Shown here: one piece after another, positions 1 through 8,451 of the stretch
Numbering within the stretch: position 1 is the first letter of the stretch
Layout of the letters: each line of letters opens with the position of its first letter
NCBI GenBank assembly: GCA_001803205.1
Contig: MHBE01000028.1
Coordinates: forward strand, 24,929-88,928
DNA from: Lentisphaerae bacterium GWF2_38_69
GTDB taxonomy: Bacteria; Verrucomicrobiota; Lentisphaeria; Victivallales; GWF2-38-69
Reading direction: 5' to 3'
Length of the DNA: 64,000 nt
The notes under the pieces: model-generated
What the model saw: only the letters and a program-made list of their open reading frames with translations
The model's database searches: none
What the model was told of the DNA's origin: nothing
Made by a program: the position numbers and the translations under genes

Positions 1-173
1 TAAGTATTCATGTCAGTTTTAACAAATTCACAATGGGTTGAACTTACGGTAGCATCCTTAAAATTTATTATGTTTGTGGTGGAGCGTCCACAAAGATAAG
101 CTTTGTTTGTAAGGGGGAAAGTCTGGCCTTTGTCAACTTCAGAAAGAACTATAAGTACAGGTATTTTATTCAT
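1..173 (-). CDS. FHA domain protein, N-terminal fragment (gene continues past left edge)
   Basis: Reverse complement of 1-173 reads MNKIPVLIVLSEVDKGQTFPLTNKAYLCGRSTTNIINFKDATVSSTHCEFVKTDMNT.., matching the FHA pattern (G-R-x..-I-x-F-x-D-x-x-V-S-x-x-H). Too short for the ORF track. Confidence 0.55.
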   Translation of the reverse strand, partial: MNKIPVLIVLSEVDKGQTFPLTNKAYLCGRSTTNIINFKDATVSSTHCEFVKTDMNT

Positions 174-326
174 TTAATTTAATGGACAGTCAATAATGTT
201 GAGTTTAGAAATGATTAGTAACTATTAATATAGCAATTCTAGAGATATTAAACGAATTTTCAAACATTGTATTCTATTTATTTTTCAGGTTTATAGGTTA
301 ATTGAAAAATGATAGTTGCATATTTG

Positions 327-354
327 TTGATATCATATAAGCTTAAATTATTAT
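327..354 (+). promoter_or_regulatory. candidate sigma-70-type promoter of the adk operon
   Basis: TTGATA (327-332), 16 nt spacer, TATTAT (349-354), about 35 nt upstream of the adk ATG. AT-rich context, so a chance match is possible. Confidence 0.35.
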
Positions 355-389
355 TCTTTTTTTTATAAAACAATCAAAAGGAATTCACA

Positions 390-1025
390 ATGAAAAAGAA
401 TATTATATTTCTTGGTGCTCCTGGTGCTGGCAAAGGGACTTTTGCTGCCCTACTGGTAGAGAAGAAAGCTCTTCTACATATATCTACTGGTGATATTTTC
501 AGAAGAGAGATTAAGAATGGAACAGAACTCGGTAAAAAGGCTAAAAATTATGTTGAATCAGGGGGATTGGTTCCTGATGAAATAGTAGCTGATATGGTAG
601 CTAAAAGACTTTCCGAACCTGATTGTAAAGAAGGATTTATATTAGACGGATTTCCCAGGACTCTTAATCAGGCTGAACTCCTAAAGAAGACTGGAGTAAG
701 AATTGATGCTGTTATATCCTTTGATGCTAATGATGATTTGCTTATAAAAAGACTTACAGCAAGAATCATGTGTCGGCAATGCAATGAAAATTACAATAAG
801 CTCTTTTCTCCACCTGCAAAAGAAGGTATATGCGATAAATGCGGAGGAGAATTATACCAGAGAAAAGATGATAGTCTTGAAACGGCAAATAGCCGTTTAG
901 CCTTATATCACAAAGAGACAGCTCCGCTCATCGACTTTTATAAGAAGGGAAAAATTCTTTTCTCCCTTAACTCGGCCAGGGAAAAAGGAGAAGTTATGAA
1001 GGATTTGCTCAAGCTTATAGAATAA
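390..1025 (+). CDS. adk: adenylate kinase
   Basis: 211 aa. P-loop GAPGAGKGT, STGDIFR AMP site, zinc-type lid CRQC..CDKCGG. Confidence 0.95.
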   Translation: MKKNIIFLGAPGAGKGTFAALLVEKKALLHISTGDIFRREIKNGTELGKKAKNYVESGGLVPDEIVADMVAKRLSEPDCKEGFILDGFPRTLNQAELLKKTGVRIDAVISFDANDDLLIKRLTARIMCRQCNENYNKLFSPPAKEGICDKCGGELYQRKDDSLETANSRLALYHKETAPLIDFYKKGKILFSLNSAREKGEVMKDLLKLIE

Positions 1026-1026
1026 A

Positions 1027-1791
1027 ATGCCAGAAAAGGTAGTGATTCATTCAAAATTAGAGATTGAAGGCATAAGGCGTGCAGGGCAGGCGGCTGCGTT
1101 TGTAAGAGAAGAGCTCAAAAAAGCGATTGTTCCAGGAATTACAACAAAAGATCTGGATGAAATTGCAAGAGGGCTTATAGATCTGACAGGCGGAAGAAGC
1201 GCATTTTTTGGATACCGGGGATTCCCTGGCCAAATCTGCATATCCCTTAATGATGAAGTCGTGCACGGAATAGGCAGGTCTGATATTTTTATAGATGCAG
1301 GCTCTGTTGTGAGCGTTGATGTAGGAGTAGTGCTGGAAGGTTTTGTAGGAGATACCGCAGAATCAGTTTACACAGGTATTCCTAGTGAGGATATCGACAG
1401 ATTATTGAAAAAAACCCGTGAATCATTATTTGCAGGAATTAATGCTGCAATTGAAGGAAATTATATTAGAGATATAAGTGAGGCTGTCCAAAGAATAGCA
1501 GAATCTGCAAATCTAGGAATAGTTAGAGAGTATGTCGGGCATGGATGCGGTAAAAAGCTTCATGAGCCTCCAGAAATTCCAAACTATAAGACTTCAAATA
1601 AAGGACCAAGACTGCAGAATGGAATGGTTCTTGCTATTGAACCTATGCTTAATTTAGGCACACATGCAGTTAAAACAGACGCTGATGGTTGGACAGTTCG
1701 TACACTTGATGCTAAATTATCTGCTCATTACGAACACATGGTACTTATTAACGATGATAAACCGGAGATACTCACTTGGCCAAAGAAGTAA
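1027..1791 (+). CDS. map: methionine aminopeptidase, type I
   Basis: 254 aa. MetAP metal-ligand contexts VSVDVGV, GHGCG, LAIEPM, HYEHM. ATG lies 1 nt after the adk stop. Confidence 0.95.
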   Translation: MPEKVVIHSKLEIEGIRRAGQAAAFVREELKKAIVPGITTKDLDEIARGLIDLTGGRSAFFGYRGFPGQICISLNDEVVHGIGRSDIFIDAGSVVSVDVGVVLEGFVGDTAESVYTGIPSEDIDRLLKKTRESLFAGINAAIEGNYIRDISEAVQRIAESANLGIVREYVGHGCGKKLHEPPEIPNYKTSNKGPRLQNGMVLAIEPMLNLGTHAVKTDADGWTVRTLDAKLSAHYEHMVLINDDKPEILTWPKK

Positions 1792-1991
1792 TAACAGTTG
1801 ATGGAGTAGTAAAAGAATTACTCCCGAATACAATGTTCAAAGTTGAACTAGAAAACGGGCATACAGTTTTGGCGCATATAAGCGGCAAGATGCGTTTGCA
1901 TTTTATAAGAATCCTTCCAGGAGATACAGTCACAATGGAAATGTCTCCCTATGATCTTACCAAAGCTAGAATAACTTTTAGGAAAAAGTAA
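1776..1991 (+). CDS. infA: translation initiation factor IF-1
   Basis: 71 aa, collinear with IF-1 from residue 1 ([33 protein letters not shown]). Needs the TTG start at 1776, overlapping map by 16 nt. Confidence 0.93.
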   Translation: MAKEVITVDGVVKELLPNTMFKVELENGHTVLAHISGKMRLHFIRILPGDTVTMEMSPYDLTKARITFRKK

Positions 1992-2167
1992 CTTTAGCCA
2001 ATTATATTCATTGCGGTGTACTACATATTTTCTATTTTTTTTTCCCTTTTCTCTTGATTGTTACTACCCTAAAGATATTTTATACGCCTTTTGATGTATT
2101 CAAAAAGTTTGTTTTTTATTTATTTATAACAACTTAAATAAATTAAATATAGAAAAGGTATTAAATT

Positions 2168-2287
2168 ATGAAAGTAAGGGCTTCAGTAAAAAGGCGTTGT
2201 GAATACTGCCAGGTCGTTAAAAGAGCAGGTGTATTGAGAGTTATATGCTCAAGAAACAAAAGACATAAGCAGAAACAGGGTAAATAA
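2168..2287 (+). CDS. rpmJ: 50S ribosomal protein L36
   Basis: 39 aa [39 protein letters not shown] (Cys3-His zinc type). Translated by hand; below the ORF-track size cut-off. Confidence 0.9.
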   Translation: MKVRASVKRRCEYCQVVKRAGVLRVICSRNKRHKQKQGK

Positions 2288-2325
2288 TTTCTTAAAATTA
2301 ATATAACTAACAAGGAAATAAACAG

Positions 2326-2727
2326 ATGCCAAGAATTCTAGGTGTTGATATTCCAGGGAAGAAGAGAATAGAAATTTCTCTTCGTTATTTGTATGGTATA
2401 GGACCAGCAAAAGCTTTGGAAATTGTCAAAAAAGCTAAAATCCCTCTTGGGACAAAAGCAGATGATCTTACTGCAGATCAGGTTTCTTCAATAACAACAA
2501 TGCTTCAGAACGACTATCTTGTAGAAGGGGACTTGCGCCGTGCTATTATGCAGGATATTAGGAGACTCACAGCTATTGGTTCTTACAGAGGTGTACGCCA
2601 TCGCAGAGGTTTACCTGTAAGAGGCCAAAGAACCAAAACTAATGCTCGTACCAGAAAAGGACGCGCTAAGACTGTTGGTGCTATTCGTGATAAGACACAA
2701 AGAAAACTCGCAAATAAAGATGAATAA
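2326..2727 (+). CDS. rpsM: 30S ribosomal protein S13
   Basis: 133 aa. [27 protein letters not shown]-terminus and basic C-tail. Confidence 0.95.
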   Translation: MPRILGVDIPGKKRIEISLRYLYGIGPAKALEIVKKAKIPLGTKADDLTADQVSSITTMLQNDYLVEGDLRRAIMQDIRRLTAIGSYRGVRHRRGLPVRGQRTKTNARTRKGRAKTVGAIRDKTQRKLANKDE

Positions 2728-2753
2728 TTACTGGAACGAATTTGAGGTTTAAA

Positions 2754-3239
2754 ATGGCTGAAGATAAAAAAACTGTACAAAAAGATGAGAAAAAGACTGC
2801 TCAAGAAGCAGTTGAAAATATTGAAGCAGTAGCTGTTGCTCCTACTGAGGAAACAACTGCTGTAAAACGAAAGATTAAAGGAGCCAGACTCATTCCATCT
2901 GGAATAGCCTTTATTAAAGCTACATTTAACAATACGAAAGTTACCATAACTGACCCTAGAGGTAATGTAATTTGCTGGGGTACTGCCGGCAAAGCAGGCT
3001 TTAAGGGTTCAAGAAAAAGTACGGCTTATGCAGCTCAGTTAGTTGCAACTGACACTGTAAAGAAAGCTCAACAGGGTTTTGGTATGCGTGAAGTTGAGGC
3101 TCGTATTAACGGACCTGGACCTGGTCGTGAGTCTGCTGTGCGAGGTATCGCGGCTGCTGGCGTTGATGTTACATCAATAAAAGACATCACACCTGTTCCA
3201 CATAATGGTTGCAGGCCTCCAAAAAGACGTCGTATCTAA
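2754..3239 (+). CDS. rpsK: 30S ribosomal protein S11
   Basis: S11 core [19 protein letters not shown] and C-terminal [18 protein letters not shown] 2754 with a GAGG RBS is preferred over the TTG 2742 of the ORF track. About 35 aa of N-terminal extension. Confidence 0.92.
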   Translation: MAEDKKTVQKDEKKTAQEAVENIEAVAVAPTEETTAVKRKIKGARLIPSGIAFIKATFNNTKVTITDPRGNVICWGTAGKAGFKGSRKSTAYAAQLVATDTVKKAQQGFGMREVEARINGPGPGRESAVRGIAAAGVDVTSIKDITPVPHNGCRPPKRRRI

Positions 3240-3256
3240 TTTCTTAGGAGATAATT

Positions 3257-3883
3257 ATGAGACAAACAGGACCAGCATGCAGAATTTGCAGAAGAGAAGA
3301 AAAAAAACTCTTCCTTAAAGGTGAAAGATGCCTTAAGGCAAAATGTGCTATAGATAGAGAAAGACCCATCCCTGGAATGCATCAGAAAAGAAAAGCTAAA
3401 CTTTCAGGCTATGGTGAGCAGCTTAGAGCAAAACAACAAATCCGCAGATCTTATGGATTAGGAGAAAGGCAATTCAGGAAAGTATTTGGAATCGCCGCCG
3501 GTAAAAAAGGCATAACGAGTTTCAACCTATTGGTTTTACTTGAATTCAGATTGGATAATATTGTGTATCGTTCAGGTTTATCTTTATCAAGAGCGCTTGC
3601 CAGACAGATGGTTACTCATGGACATATAAAAGTGAATGGAAGAAGGGTTAATATTCCTTCTTATACACTAAAGGCCGGTGATGTAATCAGCATTAAAGCT
3701 TCTAATAAGTCAACAGCAATGACGGCAAAGAATATTGAAGTAACAGCTACTACAAACAAAATTCCTGAGTGGATTTCTTTTGATAAGGAATCAAGTAAAG
3801 TACAGATAGTTCGTCTCCCTGAGCCTGGTGAAATTCAAGCTCCAGCAGATGAACAGCTTGTAGTAGAACTCTACTCTAAGTAA
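3257..3883 (+). CDS. rpsD: 30S ribosomal protein S4
   Basis: 208 aa. N-terminal Cys cluster CRICRREEKKLFLKGERCLKAKC and S4 RNA-binding domain RLDNIVYRSGL. Confidence 0.95.
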   Translation: MRQTGPACRICRREEKKLFLKGERCLKAKCAIDRERPIPGMHQKRKAKLSGYGEQLRAKQQIRRSYGLGERQFRKVFGIAAGKKGITSFNLLVLLEFRLDNIVYRSGLSLSRALARQMVTHGHIKVNGRRVNIPSYTLKAGDVISIKASNKSTAMTAKNIEVTATTNKIPEWISFDKESSKVQIVRLPEPGEIQAPADEQLVVELYSK

Positions 3884-3903
3884 TATTTTAGGAGGTTAAT
3901 AAA

Positions 3904-4962
3904 ATGGGTCTAGTTCATGATTTTCCAATACCTCAGAGTATTGAGAAGGATGAAGTGACAGCTACTCCTACCTATGCTAAGTTTACAGCAGCTCCATTTC
4001 AGAGCGGGTTTGGGCATACTATAGGTAATTCATTGAGGAGAGTACTTCTCTCATCACTTAAAGGAGCTGCTATTTCAGCGATTAGAATTGATGGAGTTAC
4101 TCATGAGTTCGCTACAATTTCAAAAGTAGTTGAAGATGTTTCAGAGATAGTTCTTAATCTTAAAAAAGTTCTATTAGTTCCACATACTGATCTTCCAAAA
4201 ACACTTGAAATAAGGAAAAAGACAGCTGGTCCGATTACAGCTGCAGATATTGTAACAGATGGAACGGTCGATATCGTTAATCCTGAACTTGTGATTTGTA
4301 ATTTGGACAAAGATACAAATTTCAGAGTCGAGATAGATATAACAGAAGGCAGAGGCTTCAGAGCTTCTGAAAAGAATAAAAATGAAAACCAGCCAATAGG
4401 TACTATCGCTATTGATTCTAATTTCAGTCCTGTAAGGAGAGTTCGCTATCAGGTGGGAGCTGCACGAGTAGGGGAAGAAACTGAGATGGACAGTCTAATT
4501 ATTGAAATATGGACTGATGGCAGAATTACACCTGACGATGCACTTGAAAAAGCCGCTAAAATTCTAAGAGACCATTTGCGTCCATTTTTTGGGCAATCTG
4601 AAAACCTTGAACCTTCGGCTCTTCTCAGCGATGAGGAAAAACCTCTTTTTAAACAGGTATCACAGAATGTTGAAATTCTTAATCTTTCAGTTAGGTCTCA
4701 GAACTGTCTAAATAATGCAAATATCAAGCTTATTGGCGAGCTCTGTTCAAAAACTGAAGGCAGAATGCTAAAGTATAAGAATTTCGGAAAGAAATCGCTT
4801 GATGAGATTGTATCCAAACTGGCTCCTATGGGGCTATCTCTTGGTATGACATTCAGTGAAAATCTTACTGAAGCTATACGAATGGAAGCTTCTAAGATAG
4901 AACTGAAACCAGTTATAGAACAGGAAGACGACGAAGAAGAAGAAAACGAAGAAAAAGAGTAA
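3904..4962 (+). CDS. rpoA: DNA-directed RNA polymerase subunit alpha
   Basis: 352 aa. Alpha NTD plus CTD helix-hairpin-helix (LNLSVRSQNCLNNANIKLIGEL), acidic C-tail. Canonical position between rpsD and rplQ. Confidence 0.95.
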   Translation: MGLVHDFPIPQSIEKDEVTATPTYAKFTAAPFQSGFGHTIGNSLRRVLLSSLKGAAISAIRIDGVTHEFATISKVVEDVSEIVLNLKKVLLVPHTDLPKTLEIRKKTAGPITAADIVTDGTVDIVNPELVICNLDKDTNFRVEIDITEGRGFRASEKNKNENQPIGTIAIDSNFSPVRRVRYQVGAARVGEETEMDSLIIEIWTDGRITPDDALEKAAKILRDHLRPFFGQSENLEPSALLSDEEKPLFKQVSQNVEILNLSVRSQNCLNNANIKLIGELCSKTEGRMLKYKNFGKKSLDEIVSKLAPMGLSLGMTFSENLTEAIRMEASKIELKPVIEQEDDEEEENEEKE

Positions 4963-4969
4963 TATTATC

Positions 4970-5377
4970 ATGCGCCATAGAAAAAAAACATTTAAAATCG
5001 GAAGAACAGATTCCCATAGGAAATCTCTTCTTGCTAATCAGGTTTGCTGCCTAATATCCTCAAAAGAAATAACTACAACTTTGGTTAAGGCCAAAGAAAC
5101 AAAGCGAATTGCAGAAAAGATGGTTACTCTTGCTAAGAGTGGTACTCTTCATGACAGACGCCGTGCAATAAGCAAGTTAGGGGACACTCAAGCTGTTAAA
5201 ATACTATTTGAAGAAATAGGTCCAGCATTCAAAGATAGAAATGGAGGCTACAGCAGAATTATCCAACTAGGGCCAAGAATTGGAGATGCCGCGGAAATGT
5301 GTATCCTTCAGTGGGTAAATACAACATCAGGTGAAGCTCCAAATTCTACAAGTAAGGAAAAAGCAGCTGACAAATAA
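4970..5377 (+). CDS. rplQ: 50S ribosomal protein L17
   Basis: 135 aa. MRHRKK..GRTDSHRKSLLANQ, typical L17 N-terminus. Confidence 0.95.
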   Translation: MRHRKKTFKIGRTDSHRKSLLANQVCCLISSKEITTTLVKAKETKRIAEKMVTLAKSGTLHDRRRAISKLGDTQAVKILFEEIGPAFKDRNGGYSRIIQLGPRIGDAAEMCILQWVNTTSGEAPNSTSKEKAADK

Positions 5378-5405
5378 TCGAACTAAGCAAAATATTGTAA
5401 CTTTT

Positions 5406-5441
5406 AAGGGCAGTCTTCAAAGCTGCCCTTTTTTCTTTTTT
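5406..5441 (+). terminator. rho-independent terminator of the alpha operon
   Basis: AAGGGCAG (5406-5413) pairs with CTGCCCTT (5423-5430), followed by TTTTCTTTTTT. Confidence 0.7.
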
Positions 5442-5500
5442 GCTAGTGTAAATATATAACATAACAACTACAATCTAAAATTGCAGGGAGTTATGATGCT

Positions 5501-6307
5501 ATGCGTAATTACGACAATTGTTTAAATAATTTTCTAAATGATTTGAAAGATGAAAAGCGTCTTTCCGCCGAAGAAACTACACGACTGATCCTCATTTATC
5601 AAAAGACAAACGATAAAAAAATTCTTGATGAAATAATTATCGGAAACATATGGTTTATTATTTCAAGAGCAAAGAGATACACGAATAGGTATTTGTCTGC
5701 TTCGGATTTTATTTATTCCGGTATTCTTGGAATGATTAGAGCAGCTAAAAAATTTGACCCGTCAAGGAAAATTAAATTTATTACATATGCCTGTTACTGG
5801 ATAGAAATGTATATGAGAAGAGAAGTTATATTTAATTCTTCAATTGTCAAAATGACGCCCAGAATGTGGGGGATGGCTTCAGCATTGGCAAAAATGAAAG
5901 ATTCTGGCGCTACAGAAGAAGAGATAATTAAAAAACTTAAAATTGGGAGGAATACATTTAAAAAATTACGAAGGCATCATAATGATATAAGTTTAAATTC
6001 ATTTCTTACCAATGATCCCGATGCTGACGAACTTGAGAAGATGATTCTTGTTAATTACCAGACACCTGCTCAAATATGTGAAGAAAGCGATGAATCATCT
6101 TATATGATTTTACTACTTAATAAATTAAAAAGAAGAGAGAGGGAAGTAATTGAGCGTAAATTTGGACTAAGAGACATTGATAAAGAAAACACTATGGCAA
6201 TTAGTAGGAAAGAAGAAATTTCTGCTGAAAGGGTGAGACAGATACTTAAAAACGGCTTAAAAAAACTAAGAAAATCTTTTCCAGCCAGAGAATCGTACTT
6301 TAAATGA
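5501..6307 (+). CDS. sigma-70 family RNA polymerase sigma factor (non-primary, group-3-like)
   Basis: 268 aa. Region 2 FIYSGILGMIRAAKKFDPSRKIKFITYACYWIEMYMRREV; region 4 HTH ISRKEEISAERVRQILKNGLKKLR. No region 1.1 or long non-conserved region. Confidence 0.8.
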   Translation: MRNYDNCLNNFLNDLKDEKRLSAEETTRLILIYQKTNDKKILDEIIIGNIWFIISRAKRYTNRYLSASDFIYSGILGMIRAAKKFDPSRKIKFITYACYWIEMYMRREVIFNSSIVKMTPRMWGMASALAKMKDSGATEEEIIKKLKIGRNTFKKLRRHHNDISLNSFLTNDPDADELEKMILVNYQTPAQICEESDESSYMILLLNKLKRREREVIERKFGLRDIDKENTMAISRKEEISAERVRQILKNGLKKLRKSFPARESYFK

Positions 6308-6890
6308 ATTTTATCGAAATGTCATAAATTTCTTGAGGCGATGTAACTACAAATGCGTTTATTCCCAGATTTTTGGCTGATTCCACATTAATTTTGCTGT
6401 CATCAAAGAAGAATATATTTTCAGGAACAGTATTTAATTCTTTGATTACATATTTAAATATTTCAGGGAATGGTTTCATAAGTCCAATTTCATAAGAAAA
6501 AAACAATCTATCAAAAATTTTAAACAAATCATATTTTTGTCTGAGAAAATCAATATGAATTTCATTAGTATTGGAAAGGACTGACAGATTATAATATTTC
6601 TTTAATTTAGAAAAAAGTTCCACAAAATTAGGTTTAGGCGGGCCAGTAATAGAACAGAAGTTTTTTTTAATTTCTTCTGGGGAAAGAGATACATTGAATT
6701 CTTTAATTAGTTCATCAGCAAATTCGTCAAATGAAATTTTACCTGTCTCAAAATTTCTAGTAGAATCGGAAGTGATCCAAAGTTTCTGAAGTTCTTCTAT
6801 TGTGAATTCTTTCTGAAGCATTTTTGCAGCATAAAATTCCCAGTATAACTCAATAATGACTCCGCCCATATCTGTAACTAAATGTTTCAT
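6300..6890 (-). CDS. HAD-superfamily hydrolase (phosphatase-like, subfamily IA)
   Basis: 196 aa. Motif I variant VTDMGGVI; motif IV FFFDDSKINVESAKNLGI. 3' end overlaps the convergent sigma gene by 8 nt. Confidence 0.78.
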   Translation of the reverse strand: MKHLVTDMGGVIIELYWEFYAAKMLQKEFTIEELQKLWITSDSTRNFETGKISFDEFADELIKEFNVSLSPEEIKKNFCSITGPPKPNFVELFSKLKKYYNLSVLSNTNEIHIDFLRQKYDLFKIFDRLFFSYEIGLMKPFPEIFKYVIKELNTVPENIFFFDDSKINVESAKNLGINAFVVTSPQEIYDISIKFI

Positions 6891-6910
6891 TTGCTGAACT
6901 CCATTAAATT

Positions 6911-6940
6911 AAAAAAATAGGCGCAATTTTGTGCGCCTAT
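6911..6940 (-). terminator. rho-independent terminator (minus strand) after the PLP gene pair
   Basis: ATAGGCGCA (6917-6925) pairs with TGCGCCTAT (6932-6940). The plus-strand A-run 6911-6917 is a T-run on the minus strand. Confidence 0.6.
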
Positions 6941-6977
6941 ATGGATGAATAATTAAAACACACATTAGCAACTTATT

Positions 6978-8435
6978 TTAGCGCTCAACTCCTGTAAATA
7001 TAATTGCAGTTGAACTATCTTTCGAAATAATATTGAGTTTTTTGAGTTTTATGTAACCTGCAAAACCTGAAGATCCTGTTGGATCTACTTTTATTCCTGA
7101 TATCGATTTTGCTATAATGTTGGCGTTAATCAATTCCTGCTCCGTGACAGTAGTGGCAATCCCACCGCTTTTTAGCATTCCCTGAATTATCTTGAACCAA
7201 TCGTAGGTGACATCATCAAGTATACCATGTGCAATGCTGTGAGGTTCGCCTTCCCATGGCCACATAAATTTATTCATATTTTTTGTGCATTCTTTTAATA
7301 CATTCTGGATTTTATCTGAAGAATAATTTAGTTTTGCGAATGCTGATATTGAAAGAATTTCACCAAGGTACATATCAAAATAGTTAAGATATGATTTATT
7401 GTTTTCTTCATATTCCGGTGTATTAGAAATGTGAAGAGAACACTTAAGATGATTAGTTTTTGCTATCATTTTTAATACTAGTAAAAAAGCTCTAAATAGA
7501 GGAAAACCTCCTTCGGTTTGTACTGTATGTATAGAAGGGAAGCAGCTAGGAGTATTTGTTGAATTAAGCTCTTCTATGGACTTAACTGCAGAACTTGCTA
7601 AAGCACCGCCTCCTACCTGTATTACTACCGAGTTAATTTTCTGTTTGGCTAAAGCTGCCTGAGCGAATAGCTCGAGTCCAAGGGTCTGTCCGCCTTCAAT
7701 ATTCGACCAGTTGTCAGGGCCAGAGCATGAAAAAGGAACAGCACCGGATTCTAAAGCTTCCTGGAATCGGTTATAGCAAGGGTCTCCTGTTTGACCGGAA
7801 ATTCTTGGACATTCTACAATAATTGCGCCATAGAATTTTAGTTTTTCAATAACATTAGTGTTAACATTAGGTGGAATAAAGACGCTTAAAATATAACCGG
7901 CAGCTTTTGCTACTGCAGCAGCACCTAAAGCAGCATTTCCGCAGCTATAGATGGCAAGTTTTGGCTTTTCATTTATGATTCCGGCTTTTCTTAAAACTTC
8001 GATATAAATAATATTTCCCATAAGATGTCTTGCCTTATGAGAACCTGATACATTAACAGTCTCATTTTTAATTAGTGTTTTGCCAGGAATCCCTTTTATG
8101 TCGTCCTTTACAATAAGAGGTGTAAAATTGAACCCGGGTTCACCAAATTTCCTTAACTCTGAATTAATAGAATTTACAATCAACTCATAATTTACATTTA
8201 ATTTTTCTGCCAAATAATAACTAAAAAAATATTTCTTGAAGAGAATGTAAGGATCTCGATTTTGAGTTATATCAAGAATCTTTGAAATATTAAAAGACAA
8301 AGTAGCTGGAAGAAATTTTTCGAGAATATGGTTAGCAGCGTCTTTTTTACGGTTGTCACAGCCATAAATAGGCCTATTTAAATCAAAAGAATACACCGAC
8401 TCGCAGCCGGTGCATTTTAAGTGAGAGTCTTTCAT
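6978..8435 (-). CDS. fold-type II PLP-dependent enzyme (ThrC/DsdA/TrpB-like) with N-terminal zinc ribbon
   Basis: 485 aa. N-terminal CTGC..(15)..C Cys cluster; candidate PLP-lysine motif VSGSHKARH (compare SGSIKARGG of D-serine dehydratase); SCGNAALGAAAVA; Gly-rich phosphate loop VQVGGGALAS. Confidence 0.72.
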   Translation of the reverse strand: MKDSHLKCTGCESVYSFDLNRPIYGCDNRKKDAANHILEKFLPATLSFNISKILDITQNRDPYILFKKYFFSYYLAEKLNVNYELIVNSINSELRKFGEPGFNFTPLIVKDDIKGIPGKTLIKNETVNVSGSHKARHLMGNIIYIEVLRKAGIINEKPKLAIYSCGNAALGAAAVAKAAGYILSVFIPPNVNTNVIEKLKFYGAIIVECPRISGQTGDPCYNRFQEALESGAVPFSCSGPDNWSNIEGGQTLGLELFAQAALAKQKINSVVIQVGGGALASSAVKSIEELNSTNTPSCFPSIHTVQTEGGFPLFRAFLLVLKMIAKTNHLKCSLHISNTPEYEENNKSYLNYFDMYLGEILSISAFAKLNYSSDKIQNVLKECTKNMNKFMWPWEGEPHSIAHGILDDVTYDWFKIIQGMLKSGGIATTVTEQELINANIIAKSISGIKVDPTGSSGFAGYIKLKKLNIISKDSSTAIIFTGVER

Positions 8436-8451
8436 TCTATTCTAAAACTAG

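Noticed and set aside
113-130. GGGGAAAGTCTGGCC, resembling the universally conserved RNase P RNA motif GAGGAAAGUCCGGGC
   Set aside because: No further RNase P conserved regions follow. The segment reads cleanly on the opposite strand as the N-terminus of an FHA-domain protein, so this is most likely coincidence.
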